A model generated the notes under the pieces. It saw nothing but the letters and a program-made list of their open reading frames with translations, was not told the origin of the DNA and did not search any database. Source: Trypanosoma brucei (lineage: Eukaryota). Taken from it: 64,000 nt of DNA. The position numbers and the translations under genes are program-made. Every line of letters begins with the position of its first letter. Within the stretch, counting starts at the first letter, position 1. The stretch lies in assembly GCA_000002445.1 (NCBI GenBank), contig CP000071.1, forward strand, positions 2,208,001-2,272,000, written 5' to 3'. Of the stretch, positions 32,901-44,047 are shown piece by piece.

Positions 32901-34593
32901 TACCTTGCGGCCGTTTCGCTTAGTACACACTTTCTTGGGTGAATGAATACTGACCTTCCCCTATGGTTCCACGCTAAGTCATTTTACCCCCAAGTACCAC
33001 CAATACCATGACCCAATGTGGCGGCACCGAACCTCGTCTATTAGTGATTGCTGTTTCTGGCAGGCGCACCGCAGATGCAGTAGATCCACTGGGCTCGTTA
33101 TCTCCCCTTTACATTCCATTCAGCCGGCTTACAGGGCTTATCAGCACACTGTTTTCGGAAATGTGGCCAGTTCGTTCTCCCCACACGGAAACAAAGTACT
33201 ACGGCACTTGAAGTGCTCGATCCTTCCTATGTTGCTTCCCACTGCTCCACAGAAGGTAACCTCAGCCACGCCTCCTGTTAAAGCCTTTAATCGCATTCTA
33301 AGATGTCGCCCCGTGGTTTACAGAGCAGACGACACTGGGGGACGGCATTTCTATCTTAATCGCCCCGCCAAGCACGCCTCCTTTCCGGTCCTGGTGTTGT
33401 CGCACGCGGTTACCCCTCGCCGCTACATACCAAACAGTCTTGTTGTTTCGATGCTACGGAGGAACTGTCGCTTAATTTACTGCTGGTCGGAACGCCGGAC
33501 CCCTGCGCGACGGAGAAACGGCGGACGCAGCTGGGGTCGGCAATGATAGCAGCACGTTTGCGTGGCATACCTGGCGGGTGCTCCTGGTAGCCGAGGTAGC
33601 AGTTTTCTCTTACCGGAGGCTTGCTGTAAGCAACTGGCCGTTGCGTGTGTTCCTGTGTGTGGAGCGACCTCGTGTTGACGTATAACGAAGCTTCGGGTGG
33701 GGGAGTACGGCAGCCGGGGTTCGCTGGCTCCACGCATCCGAGGGAGTGTGTACGAACACCGCCATTTGGACATCACCAGATGCGCCAGCCTGTAGCCGGT
33801 ACCGGCCGGGTGGGGATGCGCCTGCCCTGCGTGCACTCGCTCGGGTACCGTATCTGTACGTATGTAAGCCGCGTGGGCGCCTTTGATCACCGGGTGGTTT
33901 CCAGCCGGCCGTCGGACTCCGTTGCTGCCTGCGTGCGAGCCGCTCGGTGAGGGTGATATAGCCACCGAGGACGGGAGCTGTCGTCTTTGTTTTTTTCTGC
34001 AGGTCTGGCTTGTTTGATTCGATAATCATGCAGATCAGGTGGTTGGTTACTCGGTCACGTTCTCTCCGCTCCTTTTGGTGATGTAACAGGAGAAGCGGTT
34101 TGTAGCACCCACTGAGGGGGTGCGTCCGCTTGGCCGATCTACGGGCGGGTCGCATCTCCCATGTTTTAAAAGCGGGGCTGCAACCAGTGTTGATTGTTTG
34201 AGGCGTCGCAGAAGCATACGGAACACGCAAGCCAGCGTTTCAACTGATTTGCTCTGTTTGAACGCGTAGTAAAGCAAAGTTCATTTGTTAGGTAACAACA
34301 AAAGCTCACCAGTGCTGTGGTGCTACTGCAGACTGCGCAGAAGACACCACACCAAAATAACATCAGTTTAGATACAGTATCTCTCGAGTGTATGAACTAC
34401 CGTAGCAACGGTGCTGACTGCGTTTTAGTGGACGGGGTTGGGGTTGTGCACGTCTTAGTGAGGCTTAGTGTGTGTGTGTGTGTGTGTAGGGGGGGGGGAA
34501 GGGGGACGTCTGCCAGGTACGGATTTTATTTGTTGCCACAGTTATGATTTTTTTTGTTTTTTGGCGTGACACGCTAGTGCACTGTATCGCAAA

Positions 34594-34595
<2 letters not shown>

Positions 34596-34624
<29 letters not shown>
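34596..34624 (+). repeat. (CAA)n microsatellite
   Basis: caacaacaacaacaacaacaacaacaa, read directly. Confidence 0.95.
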
Positions 34625-37169
34625 GTTTATTAGTGCCCTACAAGCCCTCTGAGGATCTTGCTTACTCTACTATGAAGTGCTTAATTGCTTCACGCTACTA
34701 GCGACAGTTGATAGAATGACTGGTCGCAAAAACCGTGATATTACAAGGGAGGATGAATCACTTCCGGAGTATTGGTGTCTTGTTCTCAGTAAATGCACAA
34801 GTTTCTATTTCTTTTACCGAGCAAACGCATTTAAAAATCAAATATATACCCAGACACAAGCAGCCAGGGAGAATTGGGTTTACCACTGGCTATACGACTT
34901 TTATCGTTTTCTTCGAGAGGTTTTAACGGAAAATCCCCATTTGCTGAACTTAGGTCAGTGTCACAACAAATTCTGAGGTTTTTGTGGGGCGTCTTTGTTT
35001 TTTCTTTTATCTTAGAGCCTTGGGGTCCCAAGCGTTTGTTCTGTATAATTTCATTAGTGTCGTAGAAAACTTAACGCTTCCGTGCCGATGTTCTCTTTTG
35101 AAGGAATCATTCACGCTACAGACCCCTCTAAAGACTGGTTTCACCAGCGTGGGGGAGGGACTAAACCGCAAAAAAAAAAAAAGAGTGACCGGACCCCTGC
35201 ACCTTGTCAAAGGACTAGTGTCCTGGCTTTGTAGCCAATAATATTCACCACCTTTGAGCGCTGATGCTTCTGTTTTCTTTTTTTTTTTTTTGGCTCTGAC
35301 TTAGGTGGTCCCAAGAAGGTATGGTTTAGAGAAGTATATCATTAGACTGTGCCGAGTATTGAGAAATGGATGCTCTTGAAAGTGCAACTATACCATAATC
35401 GATTGTGATTACTGCTTTTTTTTTTTTTAAAATGTCATGTTAGCACACATTTCGGCTGCTTAATTACCGACTATCAAATGACTGCTTTGTGTAACCCGTT
35501 CCAACTAAGAGGGACTTCACTGGGAACGGTTGTGGGCTTCAGTAAAATGTACGGGCTGCTTACCACTGAAGGCTGTCTCGGACGGGCAGCCCTTCTAAAC
35601 ATTTGGTCCCCATAAACTCCATATCGAATAATGATTACATTATTAAATCATCACGCTGGCGTCAAACTCCTTCGAACGTGAACACGAGAAGCTGGGGGAT
35701 ATAGTCACATTTGGAGCGGTTGTCCATGAGCAGGGTTCTTAGGCATATATGCTTTGAAGCATTTGTTCTTGTTGTTGTTTGCATCCGAGGAATTCTTGCT
35801 AACTGACAGTTTTCTGCAGGTAAAACAAAAATACGATGTTGATGGTCAACGATTCCGCCATAGTTAGTCATCACTGACTCCATATATTACGTTCACGTAA
35901 GGCAACCGGTCCTGTTTTTTCCTAGAAATTGTGTGGTAACTGGGCCCTATATTTGCCAATCATCCATACCACTGTGGGATTTACTGCGACATAGTTGGGG
36001 TAGGGGAAGGGTGTTAACGACAGACCATGTGAGTGCCTGCAAGTTTTTAGTCGATTCGCCATGGTGACGATTTCCATTGATGATCAGATGTTATTTGGGG
36101 TGTCGCCGTAAAATTTTGTATCAATCCATTAAAGTTTTTCGCCACAGTATTTTTTTCGGCAATAAGGCGAAATGTTGTGGTGCTGCTGCGACATCACAGG
36201 CGGGAAGGGAAAAATAAAAATCATTATGTACGGTTCAGTGGTCTACGATAGAGGTTTCGACTACAGATTGGCCGCTTTTTTTTTTCTAGTTTCTATTACC
36301 TCTTGCGTTTTTACGTTCAGCCAGTGGAGGTGGTTAGGCTCGTCCTTTAGATGCCTCGGGTTACAGCGGCCGTGATTCAAGCATCTACGTGAGCACTGAT
36401 AGTGCTGCGTACTGATGTCACCGTGCGTGAAATATTAGTTTCATTTATATTAACATCAGTGCATTGTGTATGATGAACTTTTGTTGTAACTGGCCCTCTA
36501 AGTTTACCCTCACTTTAATCCCACAACTCCTCATATATGTGCTTGTGCCTCTGATTCCCTTTTTTCTTTCTTTATGTGAATAGAACACGAAGGCAAAAAG
36601 GGAAGGTTCTGAGCACCTACACGCACATAGAAAACCGTGAGGGTGGAAACTTGAAACTTCCGGGGAAACGAATCTTCCTTCTCTGTTTCACCTTCCATTT
36701 GCCCCGTCTCGCTTTTCCTTCGTGTTTTACTGTTTTTAGGATCCCCTGGAATCCGTGTTTCATAGTTCCAGTTATTTAACTGACTTGCGTCACCTGGGAG
36801 GCGGAGCGAGGAAAAAAAAAAGTTAAAAATACGGACAAAAAAGTGAGTAAAAGAGATAAAAAGCGAAAAAGACTCACGCTGCCACTATTTTTGGGTGAAA
36901 GTCTGGTACGTGTGCTGACAGGTGAATTGCTGCCATAATCATTCAAAGTATTGTATATTTGCGTTTGGTTTGAACGCTCATTAACTGGCGAGGCGAAGGT
37001 GGAGAGTGGCGACAGTCGAACCAACAACATCGCTACATACTTGACTTGCCAAGTTCCTCCCTCCCTTATTCGGGTGTATCACTTCTTTTGCTTTTTCTTT
37101 TGGCTCATTTCTGGACGTCGGTAGAGGGAGGACCACATTCACGTGTTGGCTGCTCCGCTGATTATCATT

Positions 37170-37500
37170 AAAGTGGAGGCAGTGTGAGAAGAGAAGAAGG
37201 GGAAGGAGGAGCCCATTAGAAAGCAAATCGAGGGAAAGACGTGTAGAGATAGGAAGGGACAAGGGGGAAAAAAAACAACAACTAAAACGGCGGAAAAAAA
37301 GGAAGGGAAGTAGAAAATAAATAAATCGTTAAAAGTAGATATATTACACATAACAGGTTAGGGGTGGACGGAAGGCGGCAAAAGGAGTGACGAAGGGATA
37401 ATCACAACCAGACGGAAGTAGCAAGGAAAGAAGGAATCAAAGGAAGGGGACAAAAAATCGAGGTGGATTGTCTGAGGGAGAACAGAGGGGGTGCGTGGAT
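37170..37500 (+). repeat. Polypurine (GA-rich) tract of ~330 nt on the plus strand
   Basis: aaagtggaggcagtgtgagaagagaagaaggggaaggagga...ggaaggggacaaaaaatcgaggtgg, with very few pyrimidines. Confidence 0.85.
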
Positions 37501-38544
37501 TTAGCACCATTATAACATTATATCTTATAGGAGTTCACCATTTCTTTTTTAAAACAACAGCAGTACAAATTAGTGTCGAGAAGAGAAAAAGCCAAAAGGG
37601 GAGCCTTTTGTTCCGGATTACATAAGTTGTTTTTGAAAATAACTGATCAGTAAAGCAACCAAAACAGGAGGCAACTGAACATTAAAAAAAAAGAATAGTG
37701 GCGTGTTTTATATATTGTTTGTGTATTTGTTGTGTTCAAGTTCCCTATTGTATATCTAGTTACTCATTTCCGTGCTCCTTAGCGTTAGCCCTCCATTTTT
37801 TTTACTCCCTTAAGTCTCGAGCACAAGGAGAGAAGGAGAGAAGGAGGGAAGGAGAGGAAAAATTGCGGAGAGGAGCGTGGGGTGGGGACAATTAAACGGA
37901 GAGGAAAGATTTGCTTTTTTAAATTTCATTTATATTTATACATATTTTGACGTCATTTTGTTGGGAAGCGAGTAGTAAATTCTTTCCACCAGTGAGAAAG
38001 CAAAAGAAGTTGCAAGGGGGTTGACTCGTCCGTTTGTTTTGCCTTACTGTTTTGCTGGTTGAGTTGATTCGGCTCGACTTGAAGTGTGGGGCTCCTGAAC
38101 CAACCAAAAGATTAACCGAAGGTTCTGAGTGTAGGAGGTGCAGTGAAAAAGTAGCGGTAACTTCAAAAACAAAGGCATATAAGGGGGAAGGGAATCACCG
38201 TGACATTTATACTAAATCTTGCATATACCAATTTACAAATATATAGCGTTGTGAAGCAACTGGGGCATTGCCAAAAGGGTGTGAAATAGCCAGGGATACA
38301 GCAGGGAGAAAGACGCGGTGCACGCACGGTGCGAAGGAGGGAAGTAAGAGGGAGGAGGAGATTCTACTTCCCTTTTTGGTTTTGCTTTATTCTTATTATC
38401 ATTATTATTGGAACACAACTTGCATTAAATTTTTGTTATTGAGGTCTTCATCGTTTGAATTGCTTCGTTAAACACACACACACACCCACACACACAACGC
38501 CCTCAACAACGACACCGACTTAAACACGCTCACAAAATACGCAG

Positions 38545-41500
38545 ATGGGGGCTGTGCCCAGCCGTGAGTCCTTGGGGCGCGGACTGTGCCAAATACCAGA
38601 TTATGGGCAGAAGCACAAAATGGTGCTCATTCCCTTAACGAGAGAGTTCTTCCCGTCACCCGACTGTTTGCTCTTACGGCAGCTCTTTGAGGCGCGGAGG
38701 GATCCGTTTGTCCATTACTATCACACATTCGATGAGGGGTTTGCTAAGGCGCAAGCGCCAGATCCTGCTGTGGACGCTGACGCCGCAAAACTTTATGATC
38801 TCCAGGGTCTTGTTGCTCCATCAACCAGCGCCTCCGCTACCGCCCATCTCGTTGAGGGCAAGGCATGGCGTGCTGATGACTTTGTGCCTTTTAGCTGTAC
38901 ACTGGAAGAGTTCTACGACTCGTATGTGTGCCGTATGGGCGAGCGCCGCATATACGATACAGATGAACAGATGCTCAGGTTGTGCACGCGGGACCCGAAC
39001 GCGATCCGCCCTGTGCCGTGCGCGGTAGCGTTTGCTTATAACTCTGCCCCCACGCCCTCCGTACTCGGTAATAAAGAGGCGCTTGGTGGGGAGGTCATGT
39101 TGCGTGAGGATGGTAGTAATAGTGAACTGGGTAACAGCGGTGGGGAAAGTAGAGCTGAGGTAGGGGATGCAAAGGGCAGTACGCTAGAGGAAAGCAGCAT
39201 GCTTTTTGGATTGTACGTGCGTATCGTTGGTTTCGTTGGTGGTGTGAGTGACATCTGCCCGCATGGTTGTAACGATGTGTTGCTGGAGGATACGTTTCAA
39301 CTACAAGTGTTTCTTAACAAGTCGGTTGGAGACCACAACTTTGTACACGCCTTCATAACGGCCGTTTATACCTATGTAAGGCAATGGCGTGAGGCAGCGG
39401 TGATGCACATAGGGAGTATTGAGGACCAAAGGCAACCGACGGGACGTGGCTCGGTTGAGGTAGGGGAAGGGGGACATTCTAAGGTTTCCTCCACTATGAG
39501 TGGCGAGAAGCCGTTGATGACACCTCCTGCTGCGTCTGTTGTTATTGCATGCAAGCGGACCAACGTTCCAATGCTATGTTTCCAGCGGGGGTTGCGAGCG
39601 ATGCTATCACGACTCCTAGGCATTGTGGAGTCCGAGGGGATAAGTAACCCCGGAGGGCCGTGTTGTTGTCGGTGCCGCAGAAAAAATGATTGTATTCTTC
39701 AGACGCATAAATTAGCAGCTGGGGTTCCGTTGGGTACGCCACAAGACGGCGATACCAAAGTTGTCAGCGAATGTTCTTCTGCTCCTTCTTTGGAAAAAAC
39801 TACCATGTTGGAGAATGTCTTTGACATGTGGTTGAATGGCGACGTAGTGTTTGCATGTATTCCAAAGCAAATTGTAGCACGTGCTTTGGAATGTGTTGGG
39901 ATGCGCATGGGTTGCCCAGAGTGCATAATGGACATTGTGCGACCAAAACGTACTGAAACGCGGGCGGGCTGTAACACGGAAGTGAGGACGGCGCAGTCTA
40001 ATCCCCATGTCGGAGTGGCCCGGGATGTGTGCTCGCTGCACTCAACTGCCGATGCTTTTTGCCCACAAGATGCCGTTAACGCATTGGCTACCACTGCCGC
40101 TAAGGGTTCCTCCTCAAAAGGCTATGGGGGCGGTCTCAAAGTGTGCGACTCTGAGGCCGCTGCCACTGAACTACCTGCACATCAAAAGCTGCATGACGTA
40201 TTGGGCGAGACTGTGGTTGTGGAGGAATGGCCAGTGGATGGGATCGATCTGGTCAGCTTTACGAACGCCAAGGGGGATACCATCGACCGCCCGGCGCACT
40301 TGTATTGGGTAGTTGGGCGTTCAGTGACTGCCCAAGAAACCGCAGCCTCTGCCTTTTTCTCATGGTGGGCTGGTGGGAGGCTAACGGTTATGGGAGGAGG
40401 ATGTGACGTGTCGAACGAAAGTGAGCACGAAAGAAGCAACAGTGGGAAGGGGAAAGTGGATGAACGCTTGTCGGTCGGAGAGTTGCTTTACCTCAATATG
40501 AACCCATGCCAGTCAAATGCGATGCGTCAGTGGGTTCTTCAGCGTACCACGCTCCCACTGGAGGAGCTTTTGCTATCTGAACTACATGACAGCTGCAAGC
40601 TGGCACGACAGGCGCCGGTTGATGCAGAGAACTGGCTGCGCCATACTGACATCAGCGGCCCACGAGAGCGTGACAGGTCTCTACTGCTACCGCTAGGTGC
40701 TGAGGATACCAATGGGGAAGACTTGTCAGAGTTTGCTGTTGGTGTAAGACAACTTGTTGGCGAAGGTTCGCTTTGTTTGTGGCGGGTGACACTCGTGACA
40801 GGTGCAGTGCGCGCTATAGCGGTCACACCGCACTTTCTTCGCCCGCCACGGAAAAAGCGGGCGCGCAGAAAGCCAACCCGGCGCCCGTATGCTCCGGAGC
40901 AGGCTAATGCAACATCGACGGCGGTGGATGGGGCTGCACCGGTCAACAGCTTTGGGCCCTCAGCGGAGACGCAGGCATCCAAGGGCAGAAGAGCAACGAG
41001 GTCAAAGATGGTAACAAGACGGTCGGTACCATTACCAACAGCTGTCGTATCGGAAGGTGTGCTAAGGAGCGACGAACGGTCCGCCATGTCGCCATCGTTG
41101 AGCCAAGGGCTCTGCAGGGAGGGCGGAGTCCCTCCGATGGCTCCTCCTAACACCACGCCTTCTGTGGGTTTTGGTCGTGTGCGGACTCGGCAGCAGCCTT
41201 GCTGCTACGGAAACCCTGCGCTGGCTTCCCATATGGAGGTGCCTGCATTTCCCCAAGGTCAACAATCCGGTTTTGTTGCTTTCAACCAGCCAGTTGTCGA
41301 TTCTAGTCATTCCCCCGTTTCTGATGCAAGCTATGCAAATAGGCGTACGTCGACTCCTTTTCTGAGCCGCCGAACTTCAAGGGAGGATCAACTTGGGTTT
41401 ATGCCTTACGACAGTTACAATGTTTCGCGCCGCATAAGCAGTGACGTAACAAGCCAACGCTTATCTACGGCTTCCTTCACCCATTTCCCTCGTTGGGACG

Positions 41501-41859
41501 GGTGTGGAACCATCTGGCCCTACACAGGTTCGGAGGAACGGCCGAGTGTTACACGGCATTCGTCAGCGGTGGGAGGTGGGTGCACTCCCTTTTTTCAGCC
41601 GGCAGATGGATGGTCAAATTCCATGCACTCACGTTCTGGCACCCGCGAGGACTTTCACCCTTCCTGTGCCCTCCACCGGACCGGCGGAGGTTTCAGCAGC
41701 AGCGGCGGCTGCAGCAGTGAAAGTGTTGCAGGTTGTGCCCGCACTCAATTCGACTTCATTTCTGCGTCTGGACTTGGAACTGATGAGGTGTACGCCGATG
41801 GGGCGGAGGTGAGAACCCCAACACTTAATGTAACGGTGCGGCGTGGCCTGCAACACTGA
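38545..41859 (+). CDS. Large hypothetical protein, member 1 of an unrecognised MGAxPSRE N-terminal-domain family (1104 aa)
   Basis: Long plus-strand ORF behind a CT-rich tract. The N-terminus MGAVPSRE fits the N-myristoylation consensus (G2, S6, R7). It shares conserved blocks with the ORFs at 44048 and 53587 (VLIPLTREFFPSPDC, YDTDEQM, PVPCAVAFAY, VRIVGFVGG, NVPMLCFQRGLRAMLSRLLG). The C-terminal half is Ser/Pro/Arg-rich and low in complexity. Confidence 0.8.
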   Translation: MGAVPSRESLGRGLCQIPDYGQKHKMVLIPLTREFFPSPDCLLLRQLFEARRDPFVHYYHTFDEGFAKAQAPDPAVDADAAKLYDLQGLVAPSTSASATAHLVEGKAWRADDFVPFSCTLEEFYDSYVCRMGERRIYDTDEQMLRLCTRDPNAIRPVPCAVAFAYNSAPTPSVLGNKEALGGEVMLREDGSNSELGNSGGESRAEVGDAKGSTLEESSMLFGLYVRIVGFVGGVSDICPHGCNDVLLEDTFQLQVFLNKSVGDHNFVHAFITAVYTYVRQWREAAVMHIGSIEDQRQPTGRGSVEVGEGGHSKVSSTMSGEKPLMTPPAASVVIACKRTNVPMLCFQRGLRAMLSRLLGIVESEGISNPGGPCCCRCRRKNDCILQTHKLAAGVPLGTPQDGDTKVVSECSSAPSLEKTTMLENVFDMWLNGDVVFACIPKQIVARALECVGMRMGCPECIMDIVRPKRTETRAGCNTEVRTAQSNPHVGVARDVCSLHSTADAFCPQDAVNALATTAAKGSSSKGYGGGLKVCDSEAAATELPAHQKLHDVLGETVVVEEWPVDGIDLVSFTNAKGDTIDRPAHLYWVVGRSVTAQETAASAFFSWWAGGRLTVMGGGCDVSNESEHERSNSGKGKVDERLSVGELLYLNMNPCQSNAMRQWVLQRTTLPLEELLLSELHDSCKLARQAPVDAENWLRHTDISGPRERDRSLLLPLGAEDTNGEDLSEFAVGVRQLVGEGSLCLWRVTLVTGAVRAIAVTPHFLRPPRKKRARRKPTRRPYAPEQANATSTAVDGAAPVNSFGPSAETQASKGRRATRSKMVTRRSVPLPTAVVSEGVLRSDERSAMSPSLSQGLCREGGVPPMAPPNTTPSVGFGRVRTRQQPCCYGNPALASHMEVPAFPQGQQSGFVAFNQPVVDSSHSPVSDASYANRRTSTPFLSRRTSREDQLGFMPYDSYNVSRRISSDVTSQRLSTASFTHFPRWDGCGTIWPYTGSEERPSVTRHSSAVGGGCTPFFQPADGWSNSMHSRSGTREDFHPSCALHRTGGGFSSSGGCSSESVAGCARTQFDFISASGLGTDEVYADGAEVRTPTLNVTVRRGLQH

Positions 41860-43769
41860 CCTTTTGCAAAGCTTCATAGTGATGTATTGGTTTTAAAGAG
41901 CGCTCTACGTCTTTAAGTGGGCATCGTTGGGGAAGTGAGAATAGGTGCCGCTATTGCGGAATCTTTCACTAACTAGACCCAAGCACACTCTGGCTGATGA
42001 AGGTGCGCGCGTGGCGTCTGCTCCGTGAAAAATTCTGCCCTTTCTCTGTGCTGAGTGCTGCACGATCCCATATTTTGGGAAGAAACAAGTTGTGATAAAG
42101 GCAGTCTGTATCTCATGGTCTGTACGAGCCTAGGGAAAAAAAATGTAAATAGAATGTACTAAGCCAGTAAAGGTTAGGCAAGCGCACAGGCGCGGGTAAA
42201 GGGTCAGGAAAAGAGACTGAAATAAATGTGGGAAACTTATGAGGTTGAGCAAGTCGGCTTCGTCCTTTCCTTCCCCTTCTCATCGTTTCCTCTATTGTTG
42301 CCATTAAATGAAATGACCCCATTGGGAGTGGAAAAGACGTTTGTGAAGGGTCCTTAATTTATGTGATGTTTTGCTGCCAGACGTGTTGCGTCGTACTCAT
42401 TCGTTGAAGTGTATTGTGGCATACCATTCGTCGAAAGCAGTAGCAGCAACGCCAACAGCGTATCTCTTTTCTTCCGTTCTTATCTTTCGTTACTACAAGC
42501 GCGAGGGGTATCATTCTTCCTGCGCATCATTATCTCTGTTGGAGATCCTACGGTCCCGTGGCAAGCGTATGCGGATGCGTTTGCATCGTTGCACTTGTTA
42601 CCAGCGTATACCGATAAGTACTCTCACAGGAGTTCGTGTTTACGTACACGACATGCTTTTCTATTTTTTCCCCCTCTCCTGCTGCTTATTTTTCTTTGAA
42701 ATACATACACGCACACGCCGGTGTTTTAAAGTCGTTAACAGACGACATGCGATTTCTTCCCGGTATGACTCAATATCCTTTTTTTTCCTCCGCCCCACAC
42801 GTTCACCAATTTTGTTTTTCTGTTTCGTTTTGTTTTGTGTGGATGTGTTGTCCACTGTCTCCCCTCGACATTACTTTCCCCTTGGCACCTGCTTGCGTAC
42901 GTTACTCGTGCTTTTGCGGTATCAATCCCCTTACCTCATCTCCACCCGCTCTACCATTTCGATTTCCCTTTTATATCTTCTTTAGTTTCATGGCGTCCCC
43001 TGGTTGAATGGCGTTCGTGCTTCTCTTTTCATTTCGTTGCTGCTTCAACAGAACCTTCGGTGAGTGGAGACTCGAACAGTGACAGCAAGGGGGGTGTATG
43101 AATGCGTCGTCGGCGTCAGAGGCAGGCGAAATAAGTAAACAAAGGACACGCGCGGTTGTACAGGTGGTTGAATATAACATGCATACTGCTTTCACCCTCG
43201 ATGTTGCTTCTTTTTGTGGCAATAATGTGGCAATGAACGAAAATTTTCTTGTGACATTTGTTGTTTTGGAATTTATTAACATTATTATTGCTATTGTTGT
43301 TGTTTTACGGGTGAATTTGATTGCCATACGGCCCTTTCTCTTGCTCTTGCTCTTTTTTTTGTACACTGAAAATCCCTTTAGCGTGCCCCGTGAAGCTAGA
43401 AAAGGACGAGAGTATTTTAAGGATCTACTGGAAAAAGGGAATAAGAAACAACAACAAAAACAACAAAAGAGGGGCAAATCCAACTGTTGAATACGAACAT
43501 AATTTTCAACGTCAAATAGCCCAATATTTCATTTTAGCTAGAGGGAAAAGATCAGAAGGGCGAGGTACGTCTTCCTTTAAATTTTCCTCTATTTGTTTAA
43601 GGACAAAAAATATAATAGTCGATTGCTTAACCCACGCGAGGAGGCCACTAAATCTACGGGAATATACGCAAACCTATACAGTCATTGGTCGTGACATCGC
43701 CGTGTGGCCACTACTTCCTTATCCTCCCAAAGTGGGTGATATCAGAACACTGATTGTCGCGTGGTAGGC

Positions 43770-43838
43770 CTGTTTTTTTCTTTTTCTTTTTTTTTTGTTG
43801 TTGCCCCTTTTTACACTACTTGTGAATAGCCGGGGGAA
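43770..43838 (+). promoter_or_regulatory. Polypyrimidine tract plus AG, candidate trans-splice acceptor for the 44048 gene
   Basis: cctgtttttttctttttcttttttttttgttgttgcccctttttacactacttgtgaatag, ending in AG about 210 nt upstream of the ATG. Confidence 0.4.
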
Positions 43839-44047
43839 GCGCCGCTGAAAGGGAAGACACATATACATATATACACAAGGTACACCCCCACAAAATTGTC
43901 CGCATCTGCGCTTACCGGTGTGTGTTAACGGTAAAAAAGGAGGAGGAAGGGAAACAGATTGGGGAATAAGCAACAGAGATAATTATATAAATAAATATAT
44001 AACTTTTCATTGGATTACATTAACATTATATATATAACATTTTTGCA

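Noticed and set aside
33477-34230. Minus-strand ORFs of 162 and 206 aa in the GC-rich block
   Set aside because: They overlap each other and plus-strand ORFs in all frames. The Arg/Pro/Ala-rich composition is typical of chance ORFs in high-GC DNA, and no motif was recognisable.
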